From a virus, in the IMG/VR virus record IMGVR_UViG_3300030104_005963: 64,000 nucleotides of DNA, one strand, 5' to 3'. Positions 44,339-54,652 of the stretch are shown piece by piece. The notes under the pieces were generated by a model. It saw only the letters and a program-made list of their open reading frames with translations. It was not told the origin of the DNA and searched no databases. How positions within the stretch are numbered: the first letter of the stretch is position 1; each line of letters begins with the position of its first letter. The translations under genes were made by a program, and so were the position numbers.

Positions 44339-44559
44339 TGGATTTTGATAGTCAGATAAATTTAGAACATCTGCTTTTTTATGATAGAGAATGTAGAACT
44401 TGCCATAAGACAAAAAATTTATTGGAAGACTTTTATCTTATAAGAAAAAATAGAGGAGCACTACCATCTTCATATTCCTATGAGTGTAAAGAGTGTACTA
44501 TCGATAGAGTAAAAGGTAATAAAAAATGTAGTAATGTTTGGGAATATCCTGATTGGTAG
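44338..44559 (+). CDS. Small zinc-finger protein (CxxC...CxxC)
   Basis: CRTC...CKEC; TAATG-coupled to g17. Confidence 0.65.
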   Translation: MDFDSQINLEHLLFYDRECRTCHKTKNLLEDFYLIRKNRGALPSSYSYECKECTIDRVKGNKKCSNVWEYPDW

Positions 44560-44637
44560 TTCATGCATCGTTTCCCCACTGAAAATACCCCTTTTCCTAA
44601 ATATTTTTAGGTAATTTGGATTGCGAGGAAAAGCAAG

Positions 44638-46860
44638 ATGCCATTAAATTTAGCATCTCCTGGAATTCTGATAAGAGAAGTTGACCTCACTCAGGGTAGA
44701 GTTGATGCAACTTCTGACAAGATCGGCGGTATTGTCGGTCCTTTTGTACAAGGTCCAGTAGGTACAGTAACTAGAATTAACACAGAGAATGATTTAGTTG
44801 ATAAATTTGGAAGACCATATAGTGAAGATAAACACTACGAGACTTGGATGACAGCATCATCCTATTTGGCTTATGGTGGCATCATGAATGTTGTCAGAGC
44901 AGATGATTCTGGTCTTAAAAATGCTCATGATGTAGGTGCCGGAACTACGATAAAAATAAAAAGTCGTGATCATTATGTAGAATTAAATTATCCAGTGACA
45001 CCACTTCTTGGTGCTACAGTAATTGCCAAAAATCCAGGTTCTTGGGCAAATGATATTCGAGTTGCAATTATTGATGCTCAGGCAGATCAAAGATTAACTT
45101 TTGATCAAACACCTGAAGGTGGAACACAAGTTGCTGTTGGCATGGGTGTTACTCAGGCAGTTCCAGAGGGAACAGTAGTTTCTAGAACTGGTGTTGGTGC
45201 AGGAAAAACTGAACTTCTTGACGGACATTTTAAAGGAATCATAACAAAAGTAAATTCAGGAAATGTAGATGTAAAAGTTGTTTCTCATGTATCTGTTGCC
45301 GGAACTTCCACTGCTGTTGAATATAATAATATCTATAGATTTTCTACAACAAGTAATGTTGCGATTCATACCGCAGGACAATCAGTTTCTTATGCATCAA
45401 CTACAGTATCTGGTGCTGTTGATTGGTTTGGAGAGCAAACAATAGCAGTGAGTTCACAAACTGTTGGTGGAACTGAAACTACATCCACAGTTAAATGGAA
45501 TACATTGGCAAATGCTCCAGGAACTTCTGCATATGCCGAGGCAAGAGGAGCAAAAAATGATGAAATTCATGTTGTTGTAATTGATGGTAAAGGAACAATT
45601 ACTGGAAATGCCGGAACAATTCTTGAGAAACATCTCAGTCTTTCTAAGGCATCTGATGCAGAATTTTCAGTAGGTTCTCCATCTTATTGGAATAGATATT
45701 TGGAAGTTAATTCCGAATATATTTTTGCCGGAAGTGGAACAAATCAAACTCTGGTAAAAACTGGTTTTGATGGCACAGGATTCACTACATTTACGGATGG
45801 TGGTTGGAATCAACTGGCAGAAGATGCTGATGGTCCAAATATTTTTGATGCTTGTGGACCATTAGATCTTACTTTAAGTCAAGGTACTAATTATGGAGGT
45901 AAATCTACAATAGAATCAGGAGCACTTAATTCTGGTCTTGATGATTTAATCAGTGGTTATTCATTATTTGAAAATGAATCAGAAGTAGATGTTGATTTTC
46001 TTTTGATGGGATCTGGAAAATATGATAAACCCGATACTAGAGCACTTGCAACTAAACTAATTCAAGTTGCAGAAGCAAGAAAGGATGCAGTCGCATTTAT
46101 TTCACCACATAGAGGTGCAATTTTAACTGACACATCAGATGATACTGCAGTAACTATTAACTCTGTAGAAGATGCAACTACAAATATAATTGATTTCTTT
46201 AATCCTATCACATCTTCATCTTATGGAATATTTGATAGTGGTTATAAGTACATGTATGATAGATTTAATGATGTATTCAGATATGTTCCTTTAAATGGGG
46301 ACATTGCCGGAACTTGTGCTAGAAATGATATTAATAACTTCCCATGGTTCTCACCTGCCGGAACTGCTAGAGGAACTATTCTCAATGCTGTAAAACTGGC
46401 ATATAATCCAGGAAAAGTTCAAAGAGATAGACTTTATTCTTCCAGAGTTAATCCAGTCATCTTCTCACCAGGATCGGGAATTATCCTATTTGGTGATAAA
46501 ACTGGATTTGCCAAGGCATCGGCATTTGATCGCATCAATGTTCGTCGTCTCTTTATTTTCCTTGAAGATGCTATTGCTGCTGCAGCAAGAGATCAACTCT
46601 TTGAATTTAATGATGAAATTACAAGAGCAAACTTTGTAAATATTGTTGAACCTTTCCTTCGTGATGTTCAAGCAAAGAGAGGTATTCAAGATTTCATTGT
46701 TATTTGTGATGAAACAAATAACACTGCTGCAATTATTGACAGTAATGAATTTGTTGCTGATATATACATCAAGCCAGCAAGATCGATTAACTTCATCGGT
46801 CTGAACTTTATCGCCACCAGAACTGGTGTGGCATTTGAAGAAGTCATCGGTTCCGTTTAA
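44638..46860 (+). CDS. g18: Tail sheath protein gp18
   Basis: LASPGI.IREVDLT, PWFSPAG..RG, FDRINVRRLF and IKPARSINFI.LNF.ATRTG. Confidence 0.97.
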   Translation: MPLNLASPGILIREVDLTQGRVDATSDKIGGIVGPFVQGPVGTVTRINTENDLVDKFGRPYSEDKHYETWMTASSYLAYGGIMNVVRADDSGLKNAHDVGAGTTIKIKSRDHYVELNYPVTPLLGATVIAKNPGSWANDIRVAIIDAQADQRLTFDQTPEGGTQVAVGMGVTQAVPEGTVVSRTGVGAGKTELLDGHFKGIITKVNSGNVDVKVVSHVSVAGTSTAVEYNNIYRFSTTSNVAIHTAGQSVSYASTTVSGAVDWFGEQTIAVSSQTVGGTETTSTVKWNTLANAPGTSAYAEARGAKNDEIHVVVIDGKGTITGNAGTILEKHLSLSKASDAEFSVGSPSYWNRYLEVNSEYIFAGSGTNQTLVKTGFDGTGFTTFTDGGWNQLAEDADGPNIFDACGPLDLTLSQGTNYGGKSTIESGALNSGLDDLISGYSLFENESEVDVDFLLMGSGKYDKPDTRALATKLIQVAEARKDAVAFISPHRGAILTDTSDDTAVTINSVEDATTNIIDFFNPITSSSYGIFDSGYKYMYDRFNDVFRYVPLNGDIAGTCARNDINNFPWFSPAGTARGTILNAVKLAYNPGKVQRDRLYSSRVNPVIFSPGSGIILFGDKTGFAKASAFDRINVRRLFIFLEDAIAAAARDQLFEFNDEITRANFVNIVEPFLRDVQAKRGIQDFIVICDETNNTAAIIDSNEFVADIYIKPARSINFIGLNFIATRTGVAFEEVIGSV

Positions 46861-46877
46861 TTTAGAGGTTTAAAACA

Positions 46878-47477
46878 ATGGCAGAACGTTTACAACGAGA
46901 GACAATTCCTTTAAGGAAAATTAGTGATTTTAAATCTAAATTAACTGGTGGTGGTGCTAGACCCAATTTATTTGAAGTTGTCTTAGCATTTCCTACATTA
47001 GTTTCACCAGTTAATGAAAATGAAGTTTTACAAAAATCAAGATTTTTGGTTAAGGCAGCAGCACTGCCCTCATCAACAATCGCACCTGTAGAAATTCCAT
47101 TCAGAGGTCGTATTTTAAAGGTTGCTGGAGACAGAACCTTTGAAACTTGGACAATCACAGTCATCAATGATACTGATTTTATGATCAGATCAGCGATGGA
47201 AAAATGGATGAATACTATCAACAAGTTAGAAGATGCTACAGGAATTACAAATCCTGTTGATTATCAATCTGATGCATTAGTTCACCAACTTGATCGTGAT
47301 GGATCTACTCTTAGATCTTACAAGTTCAAGTCAATCTTCCCAACAAATATTTCAACAATTGATCTTAGTTACGAAACTACTGATACTATTGAAGAATTTA
47401 CTGTAGAAATGCAGGTTCATTATTGGGAAGCATTTAAGGGATCATCTGCTGCGGCTAATGGAGAAGATATTTCTTAA
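46878..47477 (+). CDS. g19: Tail tube protein gp19
   Basis: GGARPNLFEV, FRGR.LK.AGDRTFE.WT.T and FP...S.IDL.Y...D.IEEF.V. Confidence 0.96.
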   Translation: MAERLQRETIPLRKISDFKSKLTGGGARPNLFEVVLAFPTLVSPVNENEVLQKSRFLVKAAALPSSTIAPVEIPFRGRILKVAGDRTFETWTITVINDTDFMIRSAMEKWMNTINKLEDATGITNPVDYQSDALVHQLDRDGSTLRSYKFKSIFPTNISTIDLSYETTDTIEEFTVEMQVHYWEAFKGSSAAANGEDIS

Positions 47478-47517
47478 GGATAAATAGTAAGACAATAGAC
47501 TAAAATAAAATTATAAT

Positions 47518-49176
47518 ATGGCTCCCCGACTATTTGGTTTTTCGGTAAGTGACACCGAGAAAAAATCACCATCAGTTGTTTCCCCCGTTCCTCAAAATAA
47601 TGAGGACGGGGTTGATAACTATATTTCTAGTGGTTTTTACGGACAATACTTAGATATTGAGGGTGTATACCGAACTGAGTTTGATTTAATTAAAAGATAT
47701 CGTGAGATGTCACTTCATCCAGAAGCTGATGGAGCCATTGAAGATGTTGTAAATGAAGCAATTGTGAGTGATCTTTATGATTCTCCAATTGAAATTGAAC
47801 TTTCTAATCTTAATGCTAGTGATAAATTAAAAAATATTATCAGGGAAGAATTTAAAAATATTAAAAAAATTATGGACTTTGATAAAAAGTCTCATGAAAT
47901 TTTCAGAAATTGGTATATTGATGGAAGACTTTATTACTTAAAAGTAATTGATCAGAAAAAACCCGAAGAAGGTATACAAGATTTAAGATATATTGATCCA
48001 TTAAAAATTCGTCATATTAGACAAGAAAAGAAAAAAAATAAAGCAACTTTAGGTCCTGATCTTACACCAAGAGATAAGGATAAATTTCAATCTCCAGAAT
48101 TAGAAGAATACTTTGTTTATACTCCAAAACCAAACTATCCTACCGGAACTATGGTAGGTGGTGGAGGAGCAAAAGGAATTAAAATTGCCAAAGATTCTAT
48201 TACCTATTGCACCTCAGGTTTGGTTGATAGAAATAAAGGTAATGTTCTTTCGTATCTTCACAAGGCAATTAAATCTCTTAATCAACTTAGAATGATTGAG
48301 GATTCTTTGGTCATCTATCGTTTAAGTAGAGCACCAGAAAGAAGAATTTTTTATATTGATGTTGGTAATCTTCCCAAAGTAAAAGCAGAACAATATCTCA
48401 AAGAGGTAATGAGTCGTTATAGAAATAAGCAAGTCTATAATGCTCAAACTGGAGAGATTCGTGATGATAGAAAATACATGAGTATGCTGGAAGATTTCTG
48501 GCTTCCTAGAAGAGAAGGTGGTAGAGGAACTGAAATTTCTACTCTTCCTGGTGGACAAAATCTTGGTGAATTATCAGATATTGAATATTTCCAAAAGAAA
48601 CTTTATCGTTCACTTGGAGTTCCAGAATCTAGAATTGCCTCAGATGGTGGATTTAATCTTGGTCGTTCTTCTGAAATTTTAAGAGACGAACTTAAATTTG
48701 CTAAGTTTGTTGGTAGATTGAGAAAAAGATTTGCTAACATGTTTAGTGACATGTTAAGAACTCAGTTAATTCTTAAAAATATTGTTACTCCCGAAGATTG
48801 GGAGACTATGAATGAGCATATTCAATATGATTTCTTATATGATAATCAATTTGCAGAATTAAAAGAATCTGAATTGATGAATGAAAGATTAGGTCTTCTT
48901 GCAACTATTGAACCATATATTGGAAAGTATTATTCTAATGATTATGTTCGTAGAAGAATTCTAAGACAGACTGATACGGAAATTTTAGAAATTGATGAAC
49001 AAATTGAACAAGAAATTAAAGATGGAATTATTCCAGATCCAAATGCCATAGATCCAATTACCGGAGAACCTTTACCAGGAGGAGATAATGGAATGATGGG
49101 TGATGTTCCTATGGAACCAGATTTAGAGGTTCAAGGTGGGATAACTCAAATAGATGGCAAGAGTGCTGAAATATAA
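47518..49176 (+). CDS. g20: Portal protein gp20
   Basis: LRMIEDSLVIYRLSRAPERRIFYIDVGNLPK.KAEQY and EDFWLPRREGGRGTEI.TLPGGQNLGE. Confidence 0.97.
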   Translation: MAPRLFGFSVSDTEKKSPSVVSPVPQNNEDGVDNYISSGFYGQYLDIEGVYRTEFDLIKRYREMSLHPEADGAIEDVVNEAIVSDLYDSPIEIELSNLNASDKLKNIIREEFKNIKKIMDFDKKSHEIFRNWYIDGRLYYLKVIDQKKPEEGIQDLRYIDPLKIRHIRQEKKKNKATLGPDLTPRDKDKFQSPELEEYFVYTPKPNYPTGTMVGGGGAKGIKIAKDSITYCTSGLVDRNKGNVLSYLHKAIKSLNQLRMIEDSLVIYRLSRAPERRIFYIDVGNLPKVKAEQYLKEVMSRYRNKQVYNAQTGEIRDDRKYMSMLEDFWLPRREGGRGTEISTLPGGQNLGELSDIEYFQKKLYRSLGVPESRIASDGGFNLGRSSEILRDELKFAKFVGRLRKRFANMFSDMLRTQLILKNIVTPEDWETMNEHIQYDFLYDNQFAELKESELMNERLGLLATIEPYIGKYYSNDYVRRRILRQTDTEILEIDEQIEQEIKDGIIPDPNAIDPITGEPLPGGDNGMMGDVPMEPDLEVQGGITQIDGKSAEI

Positions 49177-49179
49177 ATA
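49172..49179 (+). promoter_or_regulatory. T4-type late promoter
   Basis: TATAAATA at the end of g20. Confidence 0.7.
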
Positions 49180-49203
49180 ACTTATATTATCATAATAATT
49201 TAA

Positions 49204-49371
49204 ATGGACGACGTACTAGATTTGATTGCTTCAGGTGCTTCTGCATCTGAAATTAGTGATAAAATTAAAAATGCTTTATATGATAAGGCATCTTCAAAAA
49301 TTGATGGTATTCGTGCTGATGTCGGTGCCTCCATGTTTGATAACTCAGAAGAATCACAAGAGGAAGAATAA
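49204..49371 (+). CDS. Small prohead core-like protein (gp67 position), 55 aa
   Basis: Translated by hand (MDDVLDLIASGASASEISDKIK...); lies between g20 and g21. Confidence 0.65.
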   Translation: MDDVLDLIASGASASEISDKIKNALYDKASSKIDGIRADVGASMFDNSEESQEEE

Positions 49372-49640
49372 TGGCAAGAACTTTATGTAAAGGTGCTGAG
49401 GCAGCTTGCCCAACAACAACTGGAGCTGCTACTAGTTTTTCAGAAGCGACAGTTGTTCGTTTAGTTAATGGTCATAGTAGCGCACACCTTGTTACGGTTG
49501 TCGAAACTCAAAGTGGAACTGTAGTTGGATCTTTTACAATGCCAGCAGGAACTGTAGAATATCTTGAAAAAAATCCAACTCAGTGTGTGTTTGCTGCAAA
49601 TGCCGGAGTATTGGGATCAAAAGTAGGATTTACCGCATAA
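49371..49640 (+). CDS. Conserved small virion protein, 89 aa
   Basis: TAATG-coupled ORF between g20 and g21. Confidence 0.7.
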   Translation: MARTLCKGAEAACPTTTGAATSFSEATVVRLVNGHSSAHLVTVVETQSGTVVGSFTMPAGTVEYLEKNPTQCVFAANAGVLGSKVGFTA

Positions 49641-49644
49641 AAAA

Positions 49645-50295
49645 ATGAAACTTATCACAGAAGAAATTTCAAATGTAAAAATTATTACCGAGGGCAAAGG
49701 TTCTGGTAAAAAATTATATATTGAAGGAGTATTTCTCCAAGGAAACATTAAAAACCGCAATGGTAGAATGTATCCTATGGAAACTCTTGCCCGTGAGGTA
49801 AAAAGATATAATGAAACTTTTGTGAATAAGGGTCGTGCTCTTGGAGAACTTGGTCATCCTGACGGACCAACTGTAAATCTTGATAGAGTTTCTCATAAAA
49901 TTACTTCTCTCTCAGAAGACGGAAATAATTTTAAAGGAAAAGCACAAATTCTTAATACCCCAATGGGTAAGATTGCATCTTCTCTTCTTGATGAAGGTGT
50001 AATGCTCGGAGTTTCTTCTCGTGGTGTTGGTTCACTTAAAACAACTAGTGAAGGTCATAAAGTTGTTGGCGAAGATTTTATGTTAGCAACAGCTGCTGAT
50101 ATTGTGGCAGACCCTTCTGCTCCCGATGCTTTTGTTTCCGGAATTATGGAAGGAAAAGAGTGGGTTTGGGAAGGAGGAATTCTTCGTGAACAACTTGCAG
50201 AAACCACTGCAAAGAGAATTAATACATTAGTTGATCAAAGAAGACTTGAAGAGCATAAGTTGAATTTATTCAACGATTTTTTATCAAATCTTTAA
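49645..50295 (+). CDS. g21: Prohead core protease gp21
   Basis: IEG.FLQ....NRNGR.YP, ALGELGHP, GVSSRG.GS and DIVADPSAP.A. Confidence 0.97.
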   Translation: MKLITEEISNVKIITEGKGSGKKLYIEGVFLQGNIKNRNGRMYPMETLAREVKRYNETFVNKGRALGELGHPDGPTVNLDRVSHKITSLSEDGNNFKGKAQILNTPMGKIASSLLDEGVMLGVSSRGVGSLKTTSEGHKVVGEDFMLATAADIVADPSAPDAFVSGIMEGKEWVWEGGILREQLAETTAKRINTLVDQRRLEEHKLNLFNDFLSNL

Positions 50296-50297
50296 AT

Positions 50298-50305
50298 TAT
50301 AAATA
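50298..50305 (+). promoter_or_regulatory. T4-type late promoter
   Basis: TATAAATA upstream of g22. Confidence 0.75.
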
Positions 50306-50336
50306 AATATAGATTAATACAAACATATCTAGTCAA

Positions 50337-51443
50337 ATGTCCGTTGGTAACGATTTACAAGAAATGGAAAACGTAGTAACTAAAGGTGCTGCCAAAGCTG
50401 ATCCGATGCCAAAGATGTCCGGTTCTACTCCCGGACAACCTGCAGTTGAAGATCTTGGTGGACCTACCCCAGAAAATTACAAAGTCGATGACGATTCCGC
50501 TAAACTAAAAGAACCAAAAGTTGCAACTGTTAAAGACATTGTTAACAAAGGTGCTGGTAAAGCAGATCCTATGCCTTCAGGAATGAAGGAAGAGGAAGAA
50601 GTCGAAGGTGATGTAGTAGCCGAGGAAGAAGAAACTTCAACCGAAGAAGTAGTTGCTGAAGAAGAAACTACTGAGGAAGAAGTTGTAGAAGAAGAAATCA
50701 TCGAAGATGATACTCCTTCTATCGAAGAGGATATCGAAGCACTTATTGCTGGTGAAGAACTCTCCGAAGAATTCCAAGAAAAAGCACGTACAATTTTTGA
50801 AGCAGCCATCAAAACTAAGGTTGCTGAAATGAAAGAAGAGGTACAAAAAGAGTACGAAGTATCTCTGACTGAAGAAGTTGCCAACCTCAAGTCTGAATTA
50901 ACCGAAAGAGTTGATTCTTATCTTGAGTATGTTGCTCAAGAATGGTTGACCGAAAATCAACTCTCGGTTGAGCAAGGACTTAAAACTGAAATGACCGAAT
51001 CATTCCTTACTGGAATGAAGAGTCTTTTTGAAGAACATTATGTATCAATCCCTGAAGAGAAATATGATGTACTCAATAGTATGGTAGAAAAACTTGATGA
51101 GATGGAAGATAAACTCAACGAGCAAATCAATAAAAATATTGCTTTAAACAAAAGATTGGCTGAGTCGGTTGCAGATGTAATTCTTGCAGATGTATCCGAA
51201 GGACTTGCAGTATCTCAAAAGGATAAGCTTGCTTCTCTTGCCGAAAATGTTGAGTTTGATGGTGATCAATCCTATCGTGAAAAACTGGTAACTCTTAGAG
51301 AAGCATATTTCTCCTCTAATACCGGTGTTCAAGAGAACAAATCGGAAACAATTTCTGAAGAGACCGAAACAGGTCATCAGGTAGAGACTTCTACTATGAT
51401 GGAATCGTATCTCCAGACATTGAATAGAGTTTCCAAGAAGTGA
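50337..51443 (+). CDS. g22: Prohead core scaffold protein gp22
   Basis: Acidic coiled coil; ELSEEF..KA.TIFEAA and VDSYLEYV..EWL.EN. Confidence 0.95.
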   Translation: MSVGNDLQEMENVVTKGAAKADPMPKMSGSTPGQPAVEDLGGPTPENYKVDDDSAKLKEPKVATVKDIVNKGAGKADPMPSGMKEEEEVEGDVVAEEEETSTEEVVAEEETTEEEVVEEEIIEDDTPSIEEDIEALIAGEELSEEFQEKARTIFEAAIKTKVAEMKEEVQKEYEVSLTEEVANLKSELTERVDSYLEYVAQEWLTENQLSVEQGLKTEMTESFLTGMKSLFEEHYVSIPEEKYDVLNSMVEKLDEMEDKLNEQINKNIALNKRLAESVADVILADVSEGLAVSQKDKLASLAENVEFDGDQSYREKLVTLREAYFSSNTGVQENKSETISEETETGHQVETSTMMESYLQTLNRVSKK

Positions 51444-51493
51444 AACTTCATTATAACATAGTCAAACTAACTTTTTTAAATAGGTAAAAACAA

Positions 51494-52867
51494 ATGCTGC
51501 AAATGCCTTCTCAAGAGGCTCTGCAGGAGAAGTGGGCACCTATCCTCAATCATGAGGGTATGGATTCAATCAAAGATAACCATCGTGCGATGGTTACTGC
51601 TCAACTCCTGGAGAACCAAGAACAAATGCTCAAGGAAGAAAGAGAATTTCTTTCTGAGGCCCCAACCAATGCTACTGGTGCAAACATCAGTAATTTCGAT
51701 CCCGTTCTGATCTCTCTGATCAGACGTTCAATGCCTAACCTGGTTGCATATGACCTGGCTGGCGTACAACCAATGAATGGTCCTACCGGACTTATCTTTG
51801 CAATGCGTTCACGTTACACTTCACAGAGTGGAACTGAAGCATTCTTCAACGAGCCAGATTCCGGATTCTCTGCACAGAGAGAAGGTAATGATGCTACTCA
51901 AGGACCTTACAGCACTGGTTCTGACGATGATACCGTTGGTTTCGGTACTGCCGGTGCTCAAATTGGAAGCAATCCTGCTGCTCTGAACCCAGAGTCAGAT
52001 GCAAATCAGGGTACATACACAGTCGGTCAGGGTATGACCACTGCTAATGCTGAAGGTCTTGGTGAATCTGGTAATGCTTTCAACGAGATGGCATTCTCAA
52101 TCGAGAAAGTCACCGTTACTGCCATGAGCAGAGCACTGAAAGCAGAGTATTCACTGGAACTGGCACAAGACCTCAAGGCTATTCATGGTCTGAATGCTGA
52201 GGCTGAACTCGCAAATATTCTCTCTACTGAGATTCTTGCTGAGATCAACCGTGAAGTCATCAGAACCATCTATAAGTCTGCTGAAGTCGGTGCTACTTTG
52301 AATACCGCAACTTCTGGTACTTTCGACCTCGACGTTGACTCTAACGGACGTTGGAGTGTTGAGAAGTTCAAGGGTCTTATTTTCCAAATGGAAAGAGATG
52401 CTAACCAGATTGCACAGAGAACTCGTAGAGGAAAGGGCAACATGATCCTCTGCTCTGCAGACGTTGCTTCCGCACTCACCATGGCTGGTGTACTTGATTA
52501 CACCCCTGCTCTGAATGCAAACCTCAATGTAGATGACACTGGTAACACCTTTGCTGGTGTTCTTGGTGGTAAGTTCCGTGTCTACATCGATCCTTATGCT
52601 GCTAACAATGCTGCTAACCAGTATTACGTAGCTGGTTATAAGGGTTCTTCACCTTATGACGCAGGACTCTTCTACTGTCCTTATGTTCCTCTCCAAATGG
52701 TTCGTGCCGTTGGTGAGAACACCTTCCAGCCAAAAATCGGGTTCAAGACTCGTTATGGCATGGTCGCTAACCCATTTGCCGAAGGCACCAATACAACCAA
52801 CACTGGTCGTATTACTGCCAGCAGCAACCGTTACTACAGACGTGTTAAGGTTGCCAACCTTATGTGA
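51494..52867 (+). CDS. g23: Major capsid protein gp23
   Basis: FDPVLISLIRRSMPNL.AYD..GVQPM.GPTGLIFAMRS, SRALKAEYS.ELAQDLKAIHG and FQPKIGFKTRYG. Confidence 0.99.
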   Translation: MLQMPSQEALQEKWAPILNHEGMDSIKDNHRAMVTAQLLENQEQMLKEEREFLSEAPTNATGANISNFDPVLISLIRRSMPNLVAYDLAGVQPMNGPTGLIFAMRSRYTSQSGTEAFFNEPDSGFSAQREGNDATQGPYSTGSDDDTVGFGTAGAQIGSNPAALNPESDANQGTYTVGQGMTTANAEGLGESGNAFNEMAFSIEKVTVTAMSRALKAEYSLELAQDLKAIHGLNAEAELANILSTEILAEINREVIRTIYKSAEVGATLNTATSGTFDLDVDSNGRWSVEKFKGLIFQMERDANQIAQRTRRGKGNMILCSADVASALTMAGVLDYTPALNANLNVDDTGNTFAGVLGGKFRVYIDPYAANNAANQYYVAGYKGSSPYDAGLFYCPYVPLQMVRAVGENTFQPKIGFKTRYGMVANPFAEGTNTTNTGRITASSNRYYRRVKVANLM

Positions 52868-52896
52868 TCTAAATACCTTCAGTGTGAAGGAAGTGC

Positions 52897-52923
52897 AAGA
52901 GGGTCTTCGGACCCTCTTTTTTT
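52897..52923 (+). terminator. Rho-independent terminator after g23
   Basis: AAGAGGGTC-TTCG-GACCCTCTT followed by a T-run; cUUCGg tetraloop. Confidence 0.92.
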
Positions 52924-52944
52924 ATCTAAATACAAATAAAAACA

Positions 52945-53493
52945 ATGGCAAGTGGATTTCCAAAACAGATAGCAAACAGGAATTTTCTTGCGCCTGTTGG
53001 ATTTAAATTTACTTTGGCAAAAGAACCCAAGGTTGATTTTTTCTCAAACTCATGTAGAATACCTGAGATTAGTTTGGGAACTGCTGTTCAACCAACATAT
53101 CTAAAAGATATCGATATCCCTGGAGATAAGTTATCTTATGGTGATTTTTCATTCAAATTTCTTGTGGATGAAAATTTAGAAAATTATATGAAAATTCATA
53201 ATTGGTTAACCGGATTAGGATATCCAGAAACCACACAACAATATAAAGATTTAACTACTGACATTGATGGTATTAGAGATTCTAAAGAAGCATTTAGTGA
53301 TGGTAATCTTCATATTTTAAATAGTAACTATAGAAATATTGCTATTGTAAAATTTAGAGATTTATTTCCAGTGTATCTTACACCATTAGAGTTCACCGCA
53401 GAAGAAACTGATATAAACTACTTTACAGCAGAGGTCACTTTCAAGTATACTGTGTATAATGTAGTAGCTGCTGACGGTAGAACACCCTTATGA
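52945..53493 (+). CDS. g3: Tail completion/tube terminator gp3
   Basis: NRNFL.P.GFKF, P.I.LG, IPGDKL.Y..F..KFLVDENL.NY and F.DLFP..L. Confidence 0.9.
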   Translation: MASGFPKQIANRNFLAPVGFKFTLAKEPKVDFFSNSCRIPEISLGTAVQPTYLKDIDIPGDKLSYGDFSFKFLVDENLENYMKIHNWLTGLGYPETTQQYKDLTTDIDGIRDSKEAFSDGNLHILNSNYRNIAIVKFRDLFPVYLTPLEFTAEETDINYFTAEVTFKYTVYNVVAADGRTPL

Positions 53494-53921
53494 ATCTTGA
53501 ACAAATACAGGAAATGTGGCAGAGAGATTCTGTCATAGATCCTGATAACTTACATGATGAATCACTAAAAGTTCCTCAACTTCATTCAAAATATTACACA
53601 ATTTACAATACAATATCTCTTCTTCGTGAAAAATCTAGGGATAGTTACAAACGTGTAAAGTTGGAAAGGTATAACTATTATACAGGCAAAGCACCTGCAG
53701 AGGTATATGTAGAAGACCCTTTCCCATATAAAGTAAGAGAAAAAGACGCAATACAAAGATATCTTGACGCTGACGATAAATTAACTACAATTGATTTAAA
53801 GATTAGGTATTATGATGTAATGCTTAAGTTCTTAGAAGAAGTAATTAAAACTATTTCGAGTAGAACATATCAAATTAAAAATGCAATCGATTGGCATAAA
53901 TTTCAGGCAGGATTCAACTAG
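53490..53921 (+). CDS. uvsY: Recombination mediator UvsY
   Basis: W..DS.ID..NL..ES.K.P.LHSKY, YY.GKA..EVY and R.YQIKNAI.W.KF.AG. Confidence 0.92.
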   Translation: MNLEQIQEMWQRDSVIDPDNLHDESLKVPQLHSKYYTIYNTISLLREKSRDSYKRVKLERYNYYTGKAPAEVYVEDPFPYKVREKDAIQRYLDADDKLTTIDLKIRYYDVMLKFLEEVIKTISSRTYQIKNAIDWHKFQAGFN

Positions 53922-53922
53922 T

Positions 53923-54156
53923 ATGGACTCATTTCCACATCCAGAAGATAATGAACAAAATGAAGATGTCTATAATCAATGGCACATTGAAGTGACAATG
54001 GGTATAGAAGAACTTAGAGCAATGTACGGAGTATTTGATTATGCTTATCAAACTTGGCCGGGTGCTCCAAGAAGACCACTCGAAGAACAAGAATATCTAA
54101 GGTATATGAAAAATAAATTATTTGCAATGATTCTTGAATATAATTTAGATAATTAA
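53923..54156 (+). CDS. Hypothetical protein, 77 aa
   Basis: Start placed at ATG 53923, just after the uvsY stop. Confidence 0.65.
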   Translation: MDSFPHPEDNEQNEDVYNQWHIEVTMGIEELRAMYGVFDYAYQTWPGAPRRPLEEQEYLRYMKNKLFAMILEYNLDN

Positions 54157-54627
54157 ATGTACTACTATTATAATAACAATGCAAAATTTTATCACACATA
54201 TGATAGTGGTAATTGGGAATATGAAGGAAATAAATTAAAAATTTTAGATTTAGAATACATAATTTATAATATGTTGTCTACAGATAGATTAGAGGTAATA
54301 AATCTCAAAGAAATTGCATGGAGACACAAACACAATTTTCCATATGGTGTTGGTAATAATTGTAAATGTTGTGGTGGAAAAGCATTTAGAGAATGTGATC
54401 CAACCATTCCCGGAATAATTGCATATAATTGTCCAAATCCATATGATAATAAATATCGAATGCTTGATGGAAGACATAGAATTATGAGACTTTTATTTGA
54501 AGGTAAAACTGAATCAAAGTTTTTTGTTTTTGATTTTAATAAAATAAAACATTTTATTCGTGATGCTAATGATTATGAAAAAAGAAAAAATAAATCAAAA
54601 AAACTTACAATCATAATAAACAAATAA
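54157..54627 (+). CDS. ParB/Sulfiredoxin-like N-terminal domain protein
   Basis: PGII...Y.MLDGRHRI matches the ParB/Srx core motif (xxDGxHR). Confidence 0.6.
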   Translation: MYYYYNNNAKFYHTYDSGNWEYEGNKLKILDLEYIIYNMLSTDRLEVINLKEIAWRHKHNFPYGVGNNCKCCGGKAFRECDPTIPGIIAYNCPNPYDNKYRMLDGRHRIMRLLFEGKTESKFFVFDFNKIKHFIRDANDYEKRKNKSKKLTIIINK

Positions 54628-54652
54628 ATAAGTATAGGATTAACCTATATGC

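Noticed and set aside
44338-44559. Functional homing endonuclease
   Set aside because: Only 73 aa, with no HNH, GIY-YIG or endonuclease VII catalytic segment.
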